This document shows positions 13,084 to 27,655 of a DNA stretch of 64,000 bases, piece by piece. A model generated the notes under the pieces. That model was not told the origin of the DNA. It was given only the letters and a program-made list of their open reading frames with translations, and did not search any database. The position numbers and the translations under genes were made by a program. This stretch comes from Octopus sinensis (Eukaryota), in contig NC_043002.1 of the NCBI RefSeq assembly GCF_006345805.1, positions 77,934,001 through 77,998,000 on the forward strand, read 5' to 3'. Every line of letters begins with the position of its first letter. Within the stretch, counting starts at the first letter, position 1.

Positions 13084-13240
13084 GCAAATTGCTGATAAAG
13101 AGAACAGTGCGCCTGGGCCTTTACCAAAATATAAGCGAGACCTTGTCCAAAAGCTGAAAGAGTTACGACGTCAACTTAATGATCTTCAGCCTCAGGCTGG
13201 TCATTGTCGATTGGAAGTATCAAGAGAAGAAATATTTGAA
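13084..13240 (+). CDS. SMURF2: Smurf exon: WW3-HECT linker and HECT start
   Basis: ttag|G CAA; PKYKRDLVQKLKELRRQLNDLQPQAGHCRLEVSREEIFE; donor GAA|GTAAGG. Confidence 0.94.
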
Positions 13241-13995
13241 GTAAGGGACCCTTATAATTTTTTATGATAAATATTTTGAATTTTATAAAACTTGGAACCT
13301 GTTGTTATTGATAGATCTTGCATGAAAACTGATCAGCTAGAGGTAGTTGATAAAAAAGAGGAAAGATAGAAAAGTAAGGAGATATGTCAAGAACTAAGTT
13401 TACAGAGGACAGAAATATATGTAGAAAGTTGGGTTCAACTTGACTCACTTTGAAAAACAGATATAAACTTAAATACTGAAATGTTGTGATGTGATACATG
13501 ATCATCCTTTAATGTCCATGTTCCATCTTGGCAGGGGTTGCTCAGGCTGAGCAAACCTATAATCAGTGCCATTCAAACGGTGTCTATTTTGTCTTATTTT
13601 CAGACAGTCCTGGGAGTGAGGAGAAAGAATTGTTCTTATTACCATTAACTGGTCAAGTATGGTGGTGAGTTGCCAGAATCAATAGCATATTGAACAAAGT
13701 GCTGAGCAGAATTTCTTTTGATTCTTCATATTCAGAGTTCAAATCCCAACGAGTTCAATTTTGCCTTTCATCCTTCCAGAATATATACAATAAATATCAA
13801 TTGAGCACTGGGGTTGATGTAATCAACTAAACCTTTCACCTCAAAATTGCTGATCTGACAAAATTCAAAACCTCTATCAGCTGGTCAAATGACTAGCAGA
13901 GTACTCCTTTGTTATGTTGTATAATCATATATCTAATATGTAGCACATTTTTAGCACAAGCATATTAATGTCATGTCATATGTTAAGATGTTTAA

Positions 13996-14206
13996 CCCTT
14001 TAGTGTTTAAACCAACCTTATTTGGCCCAGATATTCTACATTCAAACTGGTGATATCTAGCCTCTCACACCTAACCTAGATTGACATTCTAAAAATAAAC
14101 AATCTCATCATTGAAACCTCAAAGCTATAAGATAATGCCTGATTAATTCAAAACAATTTGAGTGAAAAAGTATTACATTTAACAGAGTAACCTGAACACT
14201 AAAGGA
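13996..14206. mobile_element. piggyBac-type MITE family 2
   Basis: TTAA|CCCTTTAGTGTT ... AACACTAAAGGA|TTAA. Confidence 0.78.
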
Positions 14207-15048
14207 TTAAGATGAAATAAATATCTTAACTGAAAGCTATATATTGTGGTACAGTCATGGTGGACTATTGGTTGCATGGTCTTAAGTTCGAGTCTTTCTT
14301 GTACCATTGTGTTATGCTCTTGAATGAGCAAGGCACTTTCAGTGTGCTCAACTGGGCAAAAAACAGGTTCTTTTAACCCAGGTTAACCCTGTCGAAATTT
14401 TGAAGATAGTTATATAAATAGGGATAACAAACATATGGAAGTGTCCAGTTAACATTTATTGCAATAAACAAACCAAATACAACTCTCCTCAAACGAGGGC
14501 AGTGGGTTGAAACAGATTATTATTTTATGATTAGTACATTCAACCATGTTTACCCTTATAAATATAGAAAAAGAGGTGTAAAACACTGATGCCTGTGTAT
14601 GTTTCTGTCTAGTGTGGTTGATTGTAAATTTGGATGTCTGTATATCCTGTACTGCAACTTCAAACTGTTTTTGATAGTTAAAGCACTGGATTACTGGCTG
14701 CATGGTCACGGATTTTAATTTTGTTTCATAGCCATTATGTATGCCTCTATTCAAGGTACCTAGCATTACTCGCTTCAGCCTGCCTATCTGACAAAAAGGC
14801 TGCTACAAGAGCTTGCAAGGGTCATACAAACTGCTAGAAATAGTAGCCAAATTTCCCTTAAATAATTGACATATTGAACAGTGTAGTTCTTCATACACAC
14901 AAAGAAGGCTAGTAGAATGCTTTTGATCATAGGTCCACTCAGTCATTGCTGACCTGGAGTTAAATAACAATTACAAGTAGTTCCACAGTTACTCAAACAA
15001 TATGCAATTGTCCTGTTACTGTAGTGGGAAAATAGTAATAAAACAGTA

Positions 15049-15087
<39 letters not shown>

Positions 15088-15438
15088 ATGGATGATTGGA
15101 GCAAACCTTTTTATAGCCATTGTAATCACTATGCAGTCTTGTCCAAATGGAGAGATTATTTGTCAGGTTGACAATTTTTAGCATGGGCTTTGTATCAGGA
15201 ATAGCAGATTTTCATCCTAAGGTATATACACATTCACTACATAATATTAATCTATCACCGTCTTCGTTTTCATGCTGGCGTTTTTTGGATGGGACTTTTT
15301 GAAGAAGTGTCTGATAGTGAGATACTCTTCCTGACACCAACTCTTTTTAGTCACTGCTTATAATACAGGAAGATATATGTAGCTGTTCTAAAAACCACAA
15401 TAAACATGATATTTTGTCTTATATCCATTTCTTTTTAG

Positions 15439-15543
<105 letters not shown>

Positions 15544-15880
15544 TAAGTATTTTGTTGAATTTGATTGGATCTCTGTCTGTCTCTCTCTCTCTCCCTTAAT
15601 AACAAAAGATGTACCAATAAAGCTGTAAGGTTATATTGTTATTTAACTGTACTGCATAAAGTATTTATTTCTAAATATTGTTCTATGTCCATTGCAATTT
15701 GTAAAGGAGGAACGCTACACTTCACTTAGAATATTCCAGTTATGAAGTTGATACTAATGGCTTCATATAATTAATATATGGTGACCATAATATCAAATAT
15801 GTTTGTGATATAAAAACATAGGCAAAATTTTATAAGATAATTAGATAAATAATTTACCCTTTACTAATGTGACATTGTGT

Positions 15881-16110
15881 AGGCGCATGGGTTAGTGGTT
15901 AGGGTGTTGGACTCATGATTGTAAGATTGTGATTTCAGTTCCTGGACTGGGTGATGTGTTGTGTTCTTGAGCAAAACACTTCATTTCATGTTGCTCCAGT
16001 CGACTCAGCTGGTGAAAATGTGTGATCCCACAATAGATTGGTGTCCTATCTAATGGGGAGTATGTGCTAGAGAAACCAGGAACCTGGCCCTATGCTCCTT
16101 ATGGAGCATT
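15881..16110 (+). mobile_element. tRNA-derived SINE family C
   Basis: GGCGCATGGGTTAGTGGTTAGGGTGTTGGACTCATGAT head and TTGAGCAAAACACTTCATTTCA core; other copies at about 5454, 44375, 45390 (-) and 47300-47660 (-). Confidence 0.75.
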
Positions 16111-16276
16111 GTTGACTAACCAGTGTGGCATTGAGTACTCCTTCAGTTTATCATGTTGTGTGTGTACATACACGCATTTACGTCTATGTGTGTGTGTGTG
16201 TGTATTTTTCTTGTGATTTACCTTGCATTTACTTCACATTGTTTTGGCCTTACCCACGGTCCTTTATACAATGTGC

Positions 16277-16309
<33 letters not shown>

Positions 16310-16353
16310 ATTATATAATGTAATTATAAAAAATTTTCAAAATTAAATTTTAA

Positions 16354-16665
<312 letters not shown>

Positions 16666-17062
16666 TAAACAGTTTGCTTCCCAACAGCATGCTTTTGAGT
16701 TCAGTCCTCACTATATAGCACCTTCAGGAAGTGTTTTCAAAGCCCCTGAACTAACTAAATCCTTGTGAATAGATTTGGTTGACAGAAATTGAAAGAAGCA
16801 TATCATGTGTGCGTTGGTGTCTCTTTGTCTTGGCATTGCATGATAGTTGTAAACAGGTGTTGCTGTCATACTCATTGTTCCCAGTCTTCTATGAAAATAT
16901 GTCTAGCCATGGGGAAATATTACATTACTCAGAAATAGGTGAGGGTTGGTGACAAGAGTATCAGGCCATTGAAAATCTGCCTAGTTAAATTCAGTGCAAC
17001 GGACAGTTAAAAATGCCTTTGACAATAAGGAAACACTGAGAAACAGTAATCATCTACACATA

Positions 17063-17456
17063 GGCGCAGGAGTGGCTGTGTGGTAAGTAGCTTGCTAACC
17101 AACCACATGGTTCCGGGTTCAGTCCCACTGCGTGGCATCTTGGGCAAGTGTCTTCTGCTATAGCCCCGGGCCGACCAATGCCTTGTGAGTGGATTTGGTA
17201 GATGGAAACTGAAAGAAGCCTGTCGTATATATATATATGTATGTGTGTGTGTGTTTGTCTGTTTGTCCCCCTAGCATTGCTTGACAACCAATTCTGGTGT
17301 GTTTATGTCCCCATCACTTAGTGGTTCGGCAAAAAAGACCGATAGAATAAGTACTAGGCTTACAAAGAATAAGTCCCGGGTTCGATTTGCTCGACTAAAG
17401 GCGGTGCTCCAGCATGGCCACAGTCAAATGACTGAAACAAGTAAAAGAGTAAAGAG
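17063..17456 (+). mobile_element. tRNA-derived SINE family A, young full-length copy
   Basis: GGCGCAGGAGTGGCTGTGTGGTAAG head with B-box-like GGTTCAGTCCC, CCTTGGGCAAGTG core-like segment, central (TA/TG)n and GTAAAAGA tail; near-identical to other copies in the window. Confidence 0.9.
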
Positions 17457-18101
17457 TATACATGTTGCCATGCTGCACTGCAGACAGATTTCTTCTACTA
17501 TAGCCTCAAGCAAGCTGTCTAATGCCTTTGAGTGATATTGGTAGATGGAAACTGTAAAACCCCCATTGCGTGTATGTTCTCATTATTTTGGTATTATTTT
17601 TGTGCTATGTGAACAATGTCGTTATCATGTAGGCAGTATCTGCCATAAAAAACATGTTGAGTTATTTGTTATTCATAAGACCAGAAGAAGAACTAGTATC
17701 TTACTTGGAAAGAAGTGAGTGTTGGTGACAGGTAATGCATCTGACCATAGAATAACTGCCTTAATAAATCTTCTCAGCTTCATGCTGGAAAAGTAGACAT
17801 GAAAATTCTAACAATGGATCAATGGTTGGATGGATGTGGAAATCTTTTTCTCTGTCTCTCTCACTCCATCTATCTCTCCCCCCCCCCGTCTCTCTCTTGT
17901 TCTCTCTATCATATGTCTCTTTTCGAAATTCAAATTGAAAGACTAATAACCTCATAATTATTTTTGTTATTTAATAAAAACCTGACTAAAACAAAACAAA
18001 ACAATTTGCTTGCTACTGATGTATTACTCAATATAATATTTTACTCTGCTTTTGGTCTTATTTATTTAATTTTGAATGAAACAATATATTTCAATTTTCA
18101 G

Positions 18102-18280
18102 GAACATTTATCCTACTTCCATTTTGTTGGAAGAATCATTGGTATGGCAATATTTCATGGTCACTACATCGATGGAGGATTCACCATGCCGTTTTATAAA
18201 CAGCTTCTGGGCAAACCTGTCACATTAGATGATTTAGAAAGTGTTGACCCAGAACTACACAGAAGCCTTGTTTGGATCCT
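18102..18280 (+). CDS. SMURF2: Smurf HECT exon
   Basis: ttcag|GAA; EHLSYFHFVGRIIGMAIFHGHYIDGGFTMPFYKQLLGK...SLVWIL; donor CT|GTAAGT. Confidence 0.95.
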
Positions 18281-19074
18281 GTAAGTTCTTTTTTTTTTCT
18301 TTCCATTCCCAGTAATAACAGACAAAATGCTGCTAAACATTCTGCTTGACATGCTAACAATTCTGCCAGTTCACCACCTTTATTATAATAATAATAATAA
18401 TAATAATAATAAAAGATCATTTGCCAGCAAGTATGAGCTGGTTTTTGTTAATTGTTTCAGGTACCTATGTACTTGGTAACCTCACTGGTGCTGGTGCTAC
18501 ATAAAAAGCTTCTAGTACACTCTGTTTAGTGGGTGGTGTTAGGAAGGACATCCAGCTATAGAAACCGTGCCAATGCAGACATAGAACCTGGTGGAGCCCT
18601 CTGGCTCATCTATATTTGTCAAACCGTCCAACTTATGCTAGCGTGGAAAAAGGGACATTAAATGATTTTTTTCCATGTTTCATTTGGAAAGGAAGGTATG
18701 GTTGGAGAGACAGGTGCCCTCCTCTACTGAACCCGCTAAAAGATAGGTGAGAATGACAAAGTGAATTTATTCTGTGCCTGAAGAAGACACCTATCCTTTG
18801 TGGGCTAAGTGATCCTGGGTTTGTTGGGTTCCTTGATTGGTTTCTATGTTTTGATGAATGTGTATTTATCTCATTGAATTTCCATGTAAATCACACACAA
18901 TTCATGTCACCTGTCTATGTAATCTCCTGCTTGTTTGATGCTCTTATAGCAAATAAGAGGTCCTCATTATTGTTATTATATGATAATAAAGAATATTTGT
19001 TCTAGTTAAAGAAAGTGAAAATGTAGAAGTTGAAATATATGATTTTTTAATTTTTTTTTTATCATTCTTTTCAG

Positions 19075-19212
19075 AGAGAATAATATTGACAGTGTTCTGA
19101 ACCAGCCTTTCTGTGTGCAGCATAATTCCTTTGGGCAAGTACAAGAATATGAACTGAAACCTGGAGGAAGAGACATAGAAGTTACAGAAGAAAATAAAAG
19201 AGAATATGTTAG
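19075..19212 (+). CDS. SMURF2: Smurf HECT exon
   Basis: ttcag|A GAG; ENNIDSVLNQPFCVQHNSFGQVQEYELKPGGRDIEVTEENKREYVR; donor AG|GTTAGT. Confidence 0.95.
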
Positions 19213-21371
19213 GTTAGTTAAGTTTCTTATGTTTTCTGTTACAGAGTTATGTTTAAAAAATAAACTACCAGACTATTTAAATTTCATTGGAGATATTTTT
19301 GATATATTAGCTTTGTGAGAAACAATGGTTACAGAAAACATTAAGAAATATGCTGCTTTGTTGTCCACTATATTGTACTATTTAGTTTTTTTTATCTTCT
19401 AACTTAAGTTTGTGCCTTAGGAAAAATAAAATAAAAGCAGTACATTCTTGTGTTTATATCTGGGGTGTGTCCTCTGCTAGTGCCACATAAAAAGCACCCA
19501 GTACACTCTGTAAAATGGTCAGCATTAGGAAGGGCATCCTGGCATAGAAACCATACCAAAACTGACAGTTGGAGCCTGGGCAACTCTCTAACTGGCCAGC
19601 TTCTGTCAAACCATCCAATCCATATCAGCATGGAAAACGGATGTTAAATGATGATGGTGGTCTGTGTTTAGGCCACTAGGGAGTTGCCATAAATGTGATC
19701 TGTAGAATATTGTTGTGGGCATCATATAACAGTGAATCACTACTTGTGCTACAGCTGTCAGCAAATGAAGAATTGCAAAACAAAATGACAGTTGCTGTGA
19801 AATAGCAAGACTTTTTGTAGTATAATTTGTGTGTTTTGCTTGGTTTTTAACCCTTTTGCCACCATATATCTGTTGAAATACACTCAATATCTTTCCTTTC
19901 TGTTCTAATTTGGTGGGATATAATTCAAGGGAGTTTGGCTTCCATTTCAGGCAGATGGAGTGACCGCTTGTTAGCTCCATCCTTAACAATAGTTAATTGT
20001 TATAACTACAATAAATATATTACAGATACTTCTTTAACCAACTCTGTTAAGGTGAAAATCAGATGGTCTTCTCTAGCTTTGTATTATCTGTACTGATTCC
20101 ACTCCGTTTCATATATTTCTATTTAAGCTACATAAACAATGTTATCATCGGTGTTTATTTTAAATCTAAATAAAAACATATTGTCTAAAAAATTTATAAA
20201 ATAGGTATCAGATGTTAAGAAAATCTGTTGTACACATTAGTCTGGACTTTTTATGTATGCTTAGTTTTTTATTATATTTTATTTTTTTATTTATTCTTTT
20301 GTATAATATATTGGAGAGAAATTGCAAAGGGAATTAACTTTTTAAAAATGCTTGAGATAAGTTTGGATAAATGTTATGAAATCTACTTCTAATAAATCTG
20401 GAAATGTAATTAAATCTTTTATTATTTGCTGAAGAAAAACTCATTGGTGTGTATCATTGTATGTTAACTGTTGTAAGAAAATAATTTAGAAGGCTAAATT
20501 CCAACATGACTTTGAAGTTTCTGATAATACCATTGCATTAGCGTATGAGAAGAATAAAAATTTTTATTTACAGCACTTAAAAGATTTATGTGTATTAGAC
20601 TTAATCTGTTGCCTGATTTAACACCATCGCCACCTGGCTCTTGGTTGACTTTTAGAGGAGTCTCCACTCTCTTGCATGCATTTATGGTGAGATCTCTAGT
20701 TTGAGGATAAGTACTTGCCTTCCTCTCGCAAGTTTCACAGGCCTTGAAAAGTATCAAGAGAGCTGCCATTCCTCTTGATTAAACTATTAAAAAAAATACA
20801 ATACTACTATTGTTTGTCATTTTATGCCCACTTTCCATGCTGTCATTGGTTTTGGCAGGTTGCCACACTTGGAGCAAGCATGTATTTGATAGTACGGCTC
20901 ACATAGATGGATTAGAGGACTACATTTCATTTATCTATTTCATTTTTGACTTGGTTTCTATAACTGGATGGTTATTTGTGCTACCAAGGCTGGAGAGGTT
21001 GTCAGATCTTTGACATGACTAAAAGGAGCTTCTTACTTCATTCCTACATTTCTACTTGCTTATAAGCCATTTTACAAAGTGAGAGGCACAAATAATAGTG
21101 ATAAGTAGGTTGTATGTTAGGGATATTGGTGATAGGGATACTTGATATTCTAAGACATATTATTTAATGCAACATGACTAAGGAGATGGAATGACGACAA
21201 AAGTCAGTATGACCCAGAGTGTGTTGGTGAAACAGGAACAAATGTATGATGACAGACTGTAAGGTAGGATAATGATTGACAGTTCAAGAGGGAAGGGTGA
21301 AGGTAGTTTATAATAAATAGTAATTAAACTAGCTAATAATATAAATGTAAGCATCACTAAAAATAAATTAA

Positions 21372-21589
21372 CCCATTAGTGTTTAAACTAGCCATATCCA
21401 GCCAAAATATTCTACCTGATTTATCTTCAAATTGGTCAGATATGGTCTTTCATTGCTACCTTATAGTGTCATTTTAAAAATGAACACTCATATCATTGAA
21501 ATCTCAAAGCCATGCAATAATGCATGGTTCATTTAAAATGGTGTCAATACATACGCCTTATATTTGACAATAATCTGAATGCTGAAGGG
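21372..21589. mobile_element. piggyBac-type MITE family 2
   Basis: TTAA|CCCATTAG ... CTGAAGGG|TTAA; collinear with the 13996 copy. Confidence 0.75.
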
Positions 21590-21746
21590 TTAAACACTTT
21601 GTTCAGAAGCATACATATATTGAGTTATACACCAGGTTGTCAGTAAGCAAGATATATGTATATACATATGCTCTTCCTGTTTTTGACATTATTGTGGAGA
21701 TAACACCAAGTTTAACAACGTATTTCTTTTGTTTTGTTTTTTACAG

Positions 21747-21867
21747 GCTCTATGTGAATTGGAGGTTTATGCAAGGAATTGAGGCACAGTTCTTAGCTTT
21801 ACAAAAGGGCTTTCACGAATTAATCCCACAGTCAACTTTGCAGCTATTTGATGAACGAGAACTAGAA
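21747..21867 (+). CDS. SMURF2: Smurf HECT exon
   Basis: ttacag|G CTC; LYVNWRFMQGIEAQFLALQKGFHELIPQSTLQLFDERELE; donor GAA|GTAAGT. Confidence 0.95.
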
Positions 21868-23130
21868 GTAAGTTTTACATCCATTTCATTTCATCCATTC
21901 TTATACTTGTTTTTGACTTTTTACTGGTTTCAGTCATTGGTCTGCTGCATGAGGGCACCACCTTCAAGAGTTTTAATCAAGCCTAACATTTATTTTAGTC
22001 TGTTGCATATATTTTATCAATTTCTGTTTACCAAGTAGCTAAGTTACCTTTTGATGCAAAGAGACCGCAATACAATATCCTAAATCAGAATTCACAAATA
22101 CATACAGAACAGGCCCCCACACGATTTTGTCTTCCTAATTCTACTCAAGGCATTGGTCAACTTGATTCAAAGACACTTGTCCAGTGCGCTGTATTCTAGA
22201 ATCAATCCTTGAACTGCTTAGTTGTAAAGTAAACTTCTGCACCTATGCTTTATATTTTATGTTTTAATTTTATTTCTCCATGTAGATTCTTTTTCTTGTC
22301 ATAATTTTAACTGAACTAGTCCTATTTAGTATCGCCTTTGAAGGAAATAGAGTTTGTAATTTGGAATTTAGTGAGGTTATTGTGTTATAGAATAGTGTCG
22401 GGGTGGTTAATTGTCAGCATCACCATTTGACATTTCTGTTTACTATGCTTGCATGGGTTGGATGATTCAACAGGAGCTGACAAACCAAAGACTGTGCCAA
22501 GCTTCAGTGTCTGCTTTGACCTAGTTTCTATGGCTCAATACCCTTCCTAATGCCATAATGAATTTCAAAAATGTCTGTTTTAGATATAGTAATACCCTAC
22601 TAAATACAGGACAAAAGAAAGAAAAAGTCAGGAGCATCTTTCTTTCATACTGAGTAATCCTACATACAAAGAGTGAACAGTCATCATCATTATCATTTAA
22701 CATCCACTCTATGCTGTACCAGGTTCCAGTCTGATTTGGCAAGGTTTCTATGGCTGGATGCCCTTCCTAACACTAACCACTCCAGGAGTGTGATGGGTAC
22801 TTTTACATGTCCACTGGTATGGGTGCCAAATTAAAAAATGACACATTTTTGTCTTGCAAGGTGTCCAAATCTATAAACGTTGTGCACCAAATATTTCACA
22901 ACAAAAGTTCGTAGGTTCAATCTCAATGAGAGAAATTTATAATATCATAAGTGAAATTACAGATTCCAAGTAAGCAGATAAAAACTGCTATTCTGACATT
23001 ACGTTTCTTTTGTTTGATTCTCTTCAAGTCTAATAAATTAATCAATTGTTATAGAAAATTATTATAGAAACTGTGATTAATTTTTTTATGGAAAGCTTCT
23101 GATGACTTTGTTGTTGGTTTTGTTTTCTAG

Positions 23131-23332
23131 CTTGTGATAGGTGGACTTGGTAAGATAGATGTGGAAGACTGGAAGATGCACACCAGGTTGAAACATTGTA
23201 CTTCAGATTCCAATATTGTCAAATGGTTCTGGAGAGCTGTAGAAGGCTTTGATGATGAAACTAGGGCTCGATGTCTCCAGTTTGTTACTGGAAGTTCAAG
23301 AGTTCCTCTACAGGGTTTCAAAGCTTTACAAG
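23131..23332 (+). CDS. SMURF2: Smurf HECT exon
   Basis: ttctag|CTT; LVIGGLGKIDVEDWKMHTRLKHC...FVTGSSRVPLQGFKALQG; donor G|GTAAGT. Confidence 0.95.
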
Positions 23333-23567
23333 GTAAGTAGCTTTCTGTTTTTCTTTATCTTCTGTATTTTATTTGTTTCAGCCATTGGTCTACAGTCATA
23401 CTGGGACGCTGCCTTGAAGAATACTTAATCCAATGGATCAACTGAAGTACTTATTTTTTTAGTCTCTTTTGCTGAACTGCTAAATTATGGGGACTTAAAA
23501 TAAACCAATATCAGTTGTGAAATGGTGTTGGTGAGTTTTGAGGCAAACACAAAAACATATACATCTA

Positions 23568-23608
<41 letters not shown>

Positions 23609-25203
23609 GTTGAGCTTCCACTTAGTTTCCATGTGGCAAATTCACTCACAAGGCATTGGGTCAATCCAGGGCTATTTTACAAGATAAGGAATTTGAATAT
23701 ATTCTTACAATATCAAGCTCTGTTGACATCTTAAGCTGTAAACAAACACAAATTAATACTTTCCCTGTCTGTTTCTTAAACAGCCATTGTCTATGCCTCA
23801 TGATCTGTGGATGCAAATCTCCAAGCAGATATTCCAGTGTATTTCTTTGCATTTGGGAAAGAGCTCACTTTAATACACCCCAGTTTGTTGTGGAAATCCT
23901 TTGTCACCTTGGAATATAAGAGGCCTATGCCTGATGAATTTTAATGTTACTCTGTATCATAACACACAGCCCATAATCAGAACCAAAGCTTCTATAAATC
24001 TAGTATTGTAGCAGACCAAAATTTTTGGTAAATGCTGGACTGAGGTTTAACATAACCAAATGATCTGGTTTCTAATCCTAAAAATTAGATGAATTGAAAG
24101 CAGTGCAACATTAAGTGTTCTATTCAGAAAGGCAACAAAAATCTAGTGCAGATTTGAACACCTAACTAACAAGTAGTCTAACACCTTTCCATTCAGTCCT
24201 CTTTCTCCATATCCATAACTTGCATCCTCATAATGGTTAAGAATCAGCTGTGTGATTCCTAATAGTTTGTAAAGATATACCTAATTCTCTGACTTCAAGA
24301 AATTTGTAAGTTATGCTATTGACTCTAGTTTCTCTCATAAAGACAAGTGCGCTGTAGTAAATACTTCTCTTTATCTAGTTAGTATAGCATGATTGTCTTT
24401 CATTGTGATAATCATTGGAGCTAAGAAAAGAAGAAAAGTACCATCTCCAAGAACTCATGCAAGCATTTTAATTTAAAAGCATTTTCAATCTTGTTAGTAA
24501 TGGTTTCAAATTTTGGCACAAGGCCAGCAACTTTAAGAGAAGAGGTAATTCAATTACATCGACTCCAATGTTCAACACATACATATTTTATTGACTCCAA
24601 AACAATGAAAGGCAAAGTCGACCTCAACAGTGTTTGAACTTGGTGACATTCCTTTCGGCTCTTTATGTTCTGAGCGTTTTGCCTGACACACTAACAATTT
24701 TGCTAGCTCACTAAAAGCTAAAAATCAATCAATCAATCTTTCTTTCTCACTTATACACACATGCACTTGATCAGTGGTCCGGTATTTCTCTACACAATTA
24801 CATAAAAATTGTGGCCTGTTTTGGCTGCACTTTTCTTTGACCCTATCTGTATTGACATGGTTTCACTTGCCTTCCTGAGTAGACAAGAAGTGTAAGGTTT
24901 TTAAAGATAGAGTAATGGAAATTGATTAGATATTTAGGAGTGTTCACTACACTGTTAGTCTACACTTTATAAACATGATAGATTGAAAGAAGTTAAGTGC
25001 ACCCAGAACAATCTGAAAAGCAGTATATAGAGCAGGGTTTAAGCAGTTGTGATACTCAAAATAATCCAGGATCAAGCAAAAATTACAGGAACTACAGTGA
25101 CAAGTAGGCATTAGACTAACAGTAATGATATAAAATATAACCCTCTGTTTAAGCAGCTCTTCTAATATATATGTGTCTAATTATTTCTTGCATTGTTCTA
25201 CAG

Positions 25204-25288
25204 GATCAACTGGTGCTGCTGGTCCGAGGCTGTTCACAATACATCAAGTTGACACCAGTACAGATAATTTACCAAAAGCACACACATG
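25204..25288 (+). CDS. SMURF2: Smurf HECT exon (LPKAHTC active-site motif)
   Basis: ctacag|GA TCA; STGAAGPRLFTIHQVDTSTDNLPKAHT(C); donor TG|GTATTG. Confidence 0.94.
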
Positions 25289-27453
25289 GTATTGATTCTC
25301 TTTAAATTATCTTATGTTTCTATAAAACAAATAAACTCTGTGTGTGTGTGTGTATGTATGCATGTATCTCTATCTGTGTTGTGTGTGTGCAATCATTTTA
25401 ATGCCCATGTTCTATGCTGGCATGGAACATTAACATATAAATATAGGTTAATGAGTGGAAATACTTGTTATATGTAATTGTGGATAATGGGTTTAGACTT
25501 CAACTACATTGTTATAAAAAGTAATATGCTAGTAATAAAAAATTTTTTAGGTATCTAAGATCTTAGCTTGATGTAAGAATCCAAGTGATAATGTAGTGCC
25601 ATAGCTTAACTTCAGAGAGGATATGCATTCATCTCTACTAACTGAAATCTACGGGTCTCTCTCTCTCATAAAAAAAATTACTGTTACCTACAATCATTTC
25701 TTCACATATGTGGTCATAAACATCTTTGCTGTCTCTCCTTCTTCTGCAATGAACCTACTCCATGTCAGTTAGCCAGTTCCTATCCTTCTTCAAGCAATAC
25801 TCAAAGGAAGATTTGAACTTTGATACTAGGCAACTTTGTCCAACCCATACCAGCATGGAACACGGACGTTAAACGACGATGATGACTGTGCTACCACTTT
25901 TTACATCGATGTATTGTATTACTTGATGTCTATTTAAACTGCTCGATTGGTGAACTGAGACCTTGAGCATTACATGTCTTAGTAGGGGAGACAACTCGTA
26001 ATACTTAAAAGCTGCAATATTTGAAATGTTATTTACTTTATTATACAAAATAATATTCGTTAAATTTTTGTCTTTTTCCGTGTTAACATGAGATAAACGA
26101 ATAAATTGAGTGCTTTACGGCCAGATGCCTCTTCTGCCACTTACCCTTCACTTTTCTTTTTAACTTGTTTACTTAGTAAACACATCTTCAAAGCCAGCAG
26201 ATAATCCATTGACAAGGGAAATGACTGCAATGTCATCATATATAGCTGAGTGATTTGCAGAGAAGCTCAAATGTAAACCAATAGATGCACACGCGTGTGT
26301 GTTTGTGTCTCTTTGATCTGACTTTGTGTTACAGTTGTAAAGGAGTATCCCCGTCATACAAGTGGAAAATCTGTCCAACCAAGGGGGAAATATTACCTTT
26401 CCTGGAACCAGGTGAGGGTCAGTGATGGGAAGAGCATCCTGCTGTACAAAAATCTGCATCAACAAATTCTGTCTGGCCCATATCAGCATGGAAAAGTAGA
26501 CATTAAAACGATGATAATTGTTACATACATGGTATGGTTGATGACAGGATATGCATCCGATTATAAAATACTGTCTTGAATAAGTCTCTGTCCAACCAAT
26601 TCTAGCATGGTAAAAAATGGTCGTAAGATGAATGAACAGTGTATAAATATAATGCACTTTGCTATTTATTATTCTGTGAAATCAGTGCTTTTCATGGGTG
26701 GGGTGCTGTGAGGATTGTAAAAGAGGACAAGCAAATTAACATTAAACTATGCGACCATAATTCTGTGGACAGCTATGTGAATGCAAACTCTGTTTTGTTT
26801 TCTTATTAATAAAGTGGGAAGGGAAATAAAATTAATATTTTGTTAGAATAGGTTTGATGTTTTGTCAAATTGAGAACCACTGAACTAAGTGACCTGTTTC
26901 CATGAAATTCAGATATAGTGAAAGTACCAGAACAGTTAATTGCTCTTGGTCTACTTTGCAGGAACAGAGAGAGAGATGGAGACACATTGCTAATTAGATA
27001 TGTGCAGGCATGTCTGTGATTAAGAAGTTTGTTTCCTTACCACATGGTTTTGGGTTCAATCCCACTGCACGATGTCTTCCACTATAGCCCCCCCACTCCA
27101 AGCTGACCAAAGCTTGTTTAATGGATTTGGTAGACTGAAACTTGTTAAGAAGCTTATGTGTATGTAAACAAGTATCACTGTTATACGAGTGGGGTCTCTT
27201 GTTTCGAATCTTCTCTGAAACATGTCTCGGAAACAAGTAAAAGGTTGGTGACAGGAAGGGCATCAAGACAGAAAATCTGTCTCAGTGAATTCTGTCTGAT
27301 TCATGTAAGCATGAGAAAGTGAACAATAAAACAATGATGGTAATAATGAATTAGTTCAAATTTAAGTCAACTTGACCTCCTAAAAATAGCAACATACTGT
27401 TTTAAATGAGAAGGATACACTGGATGATTTAGTCCTGAATATACTATCTAAAG

Positions 27454-27655
27454 CAGTGCTTTTCAAACTTTTTGCTGAAGCAGAACCCCAAGGAAACGTT
27501 CCACTGGCTCGAGGAACCCCTGTGCAATAATTTAATTGTCTTATGCACACATATCTGCACAGGAGAATTAAAAATTACTGTCGATTTTTAGCATTTTTGT
27601 AACTTCTTGTGGAACCCCTGGACAGTACTGGCGGAACCCTGGTTGAAAACCACTG
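27454..27655. mobile_element. hAT-type MITE
   Basis: TIRs CAGTGCTTTTCAAAC / GTTGAAAACCACTG and a perfect 8-bp target duplication ATCTAAAG (27446-53, 27656-63). Confidence 0.9.

Noticed and set aside
17063-17140. tRNA genes at the heads of SINE families A-D
   Set aside because: A/B-box-like heads lack a complete cloverleaf and continue into SINE bodies.
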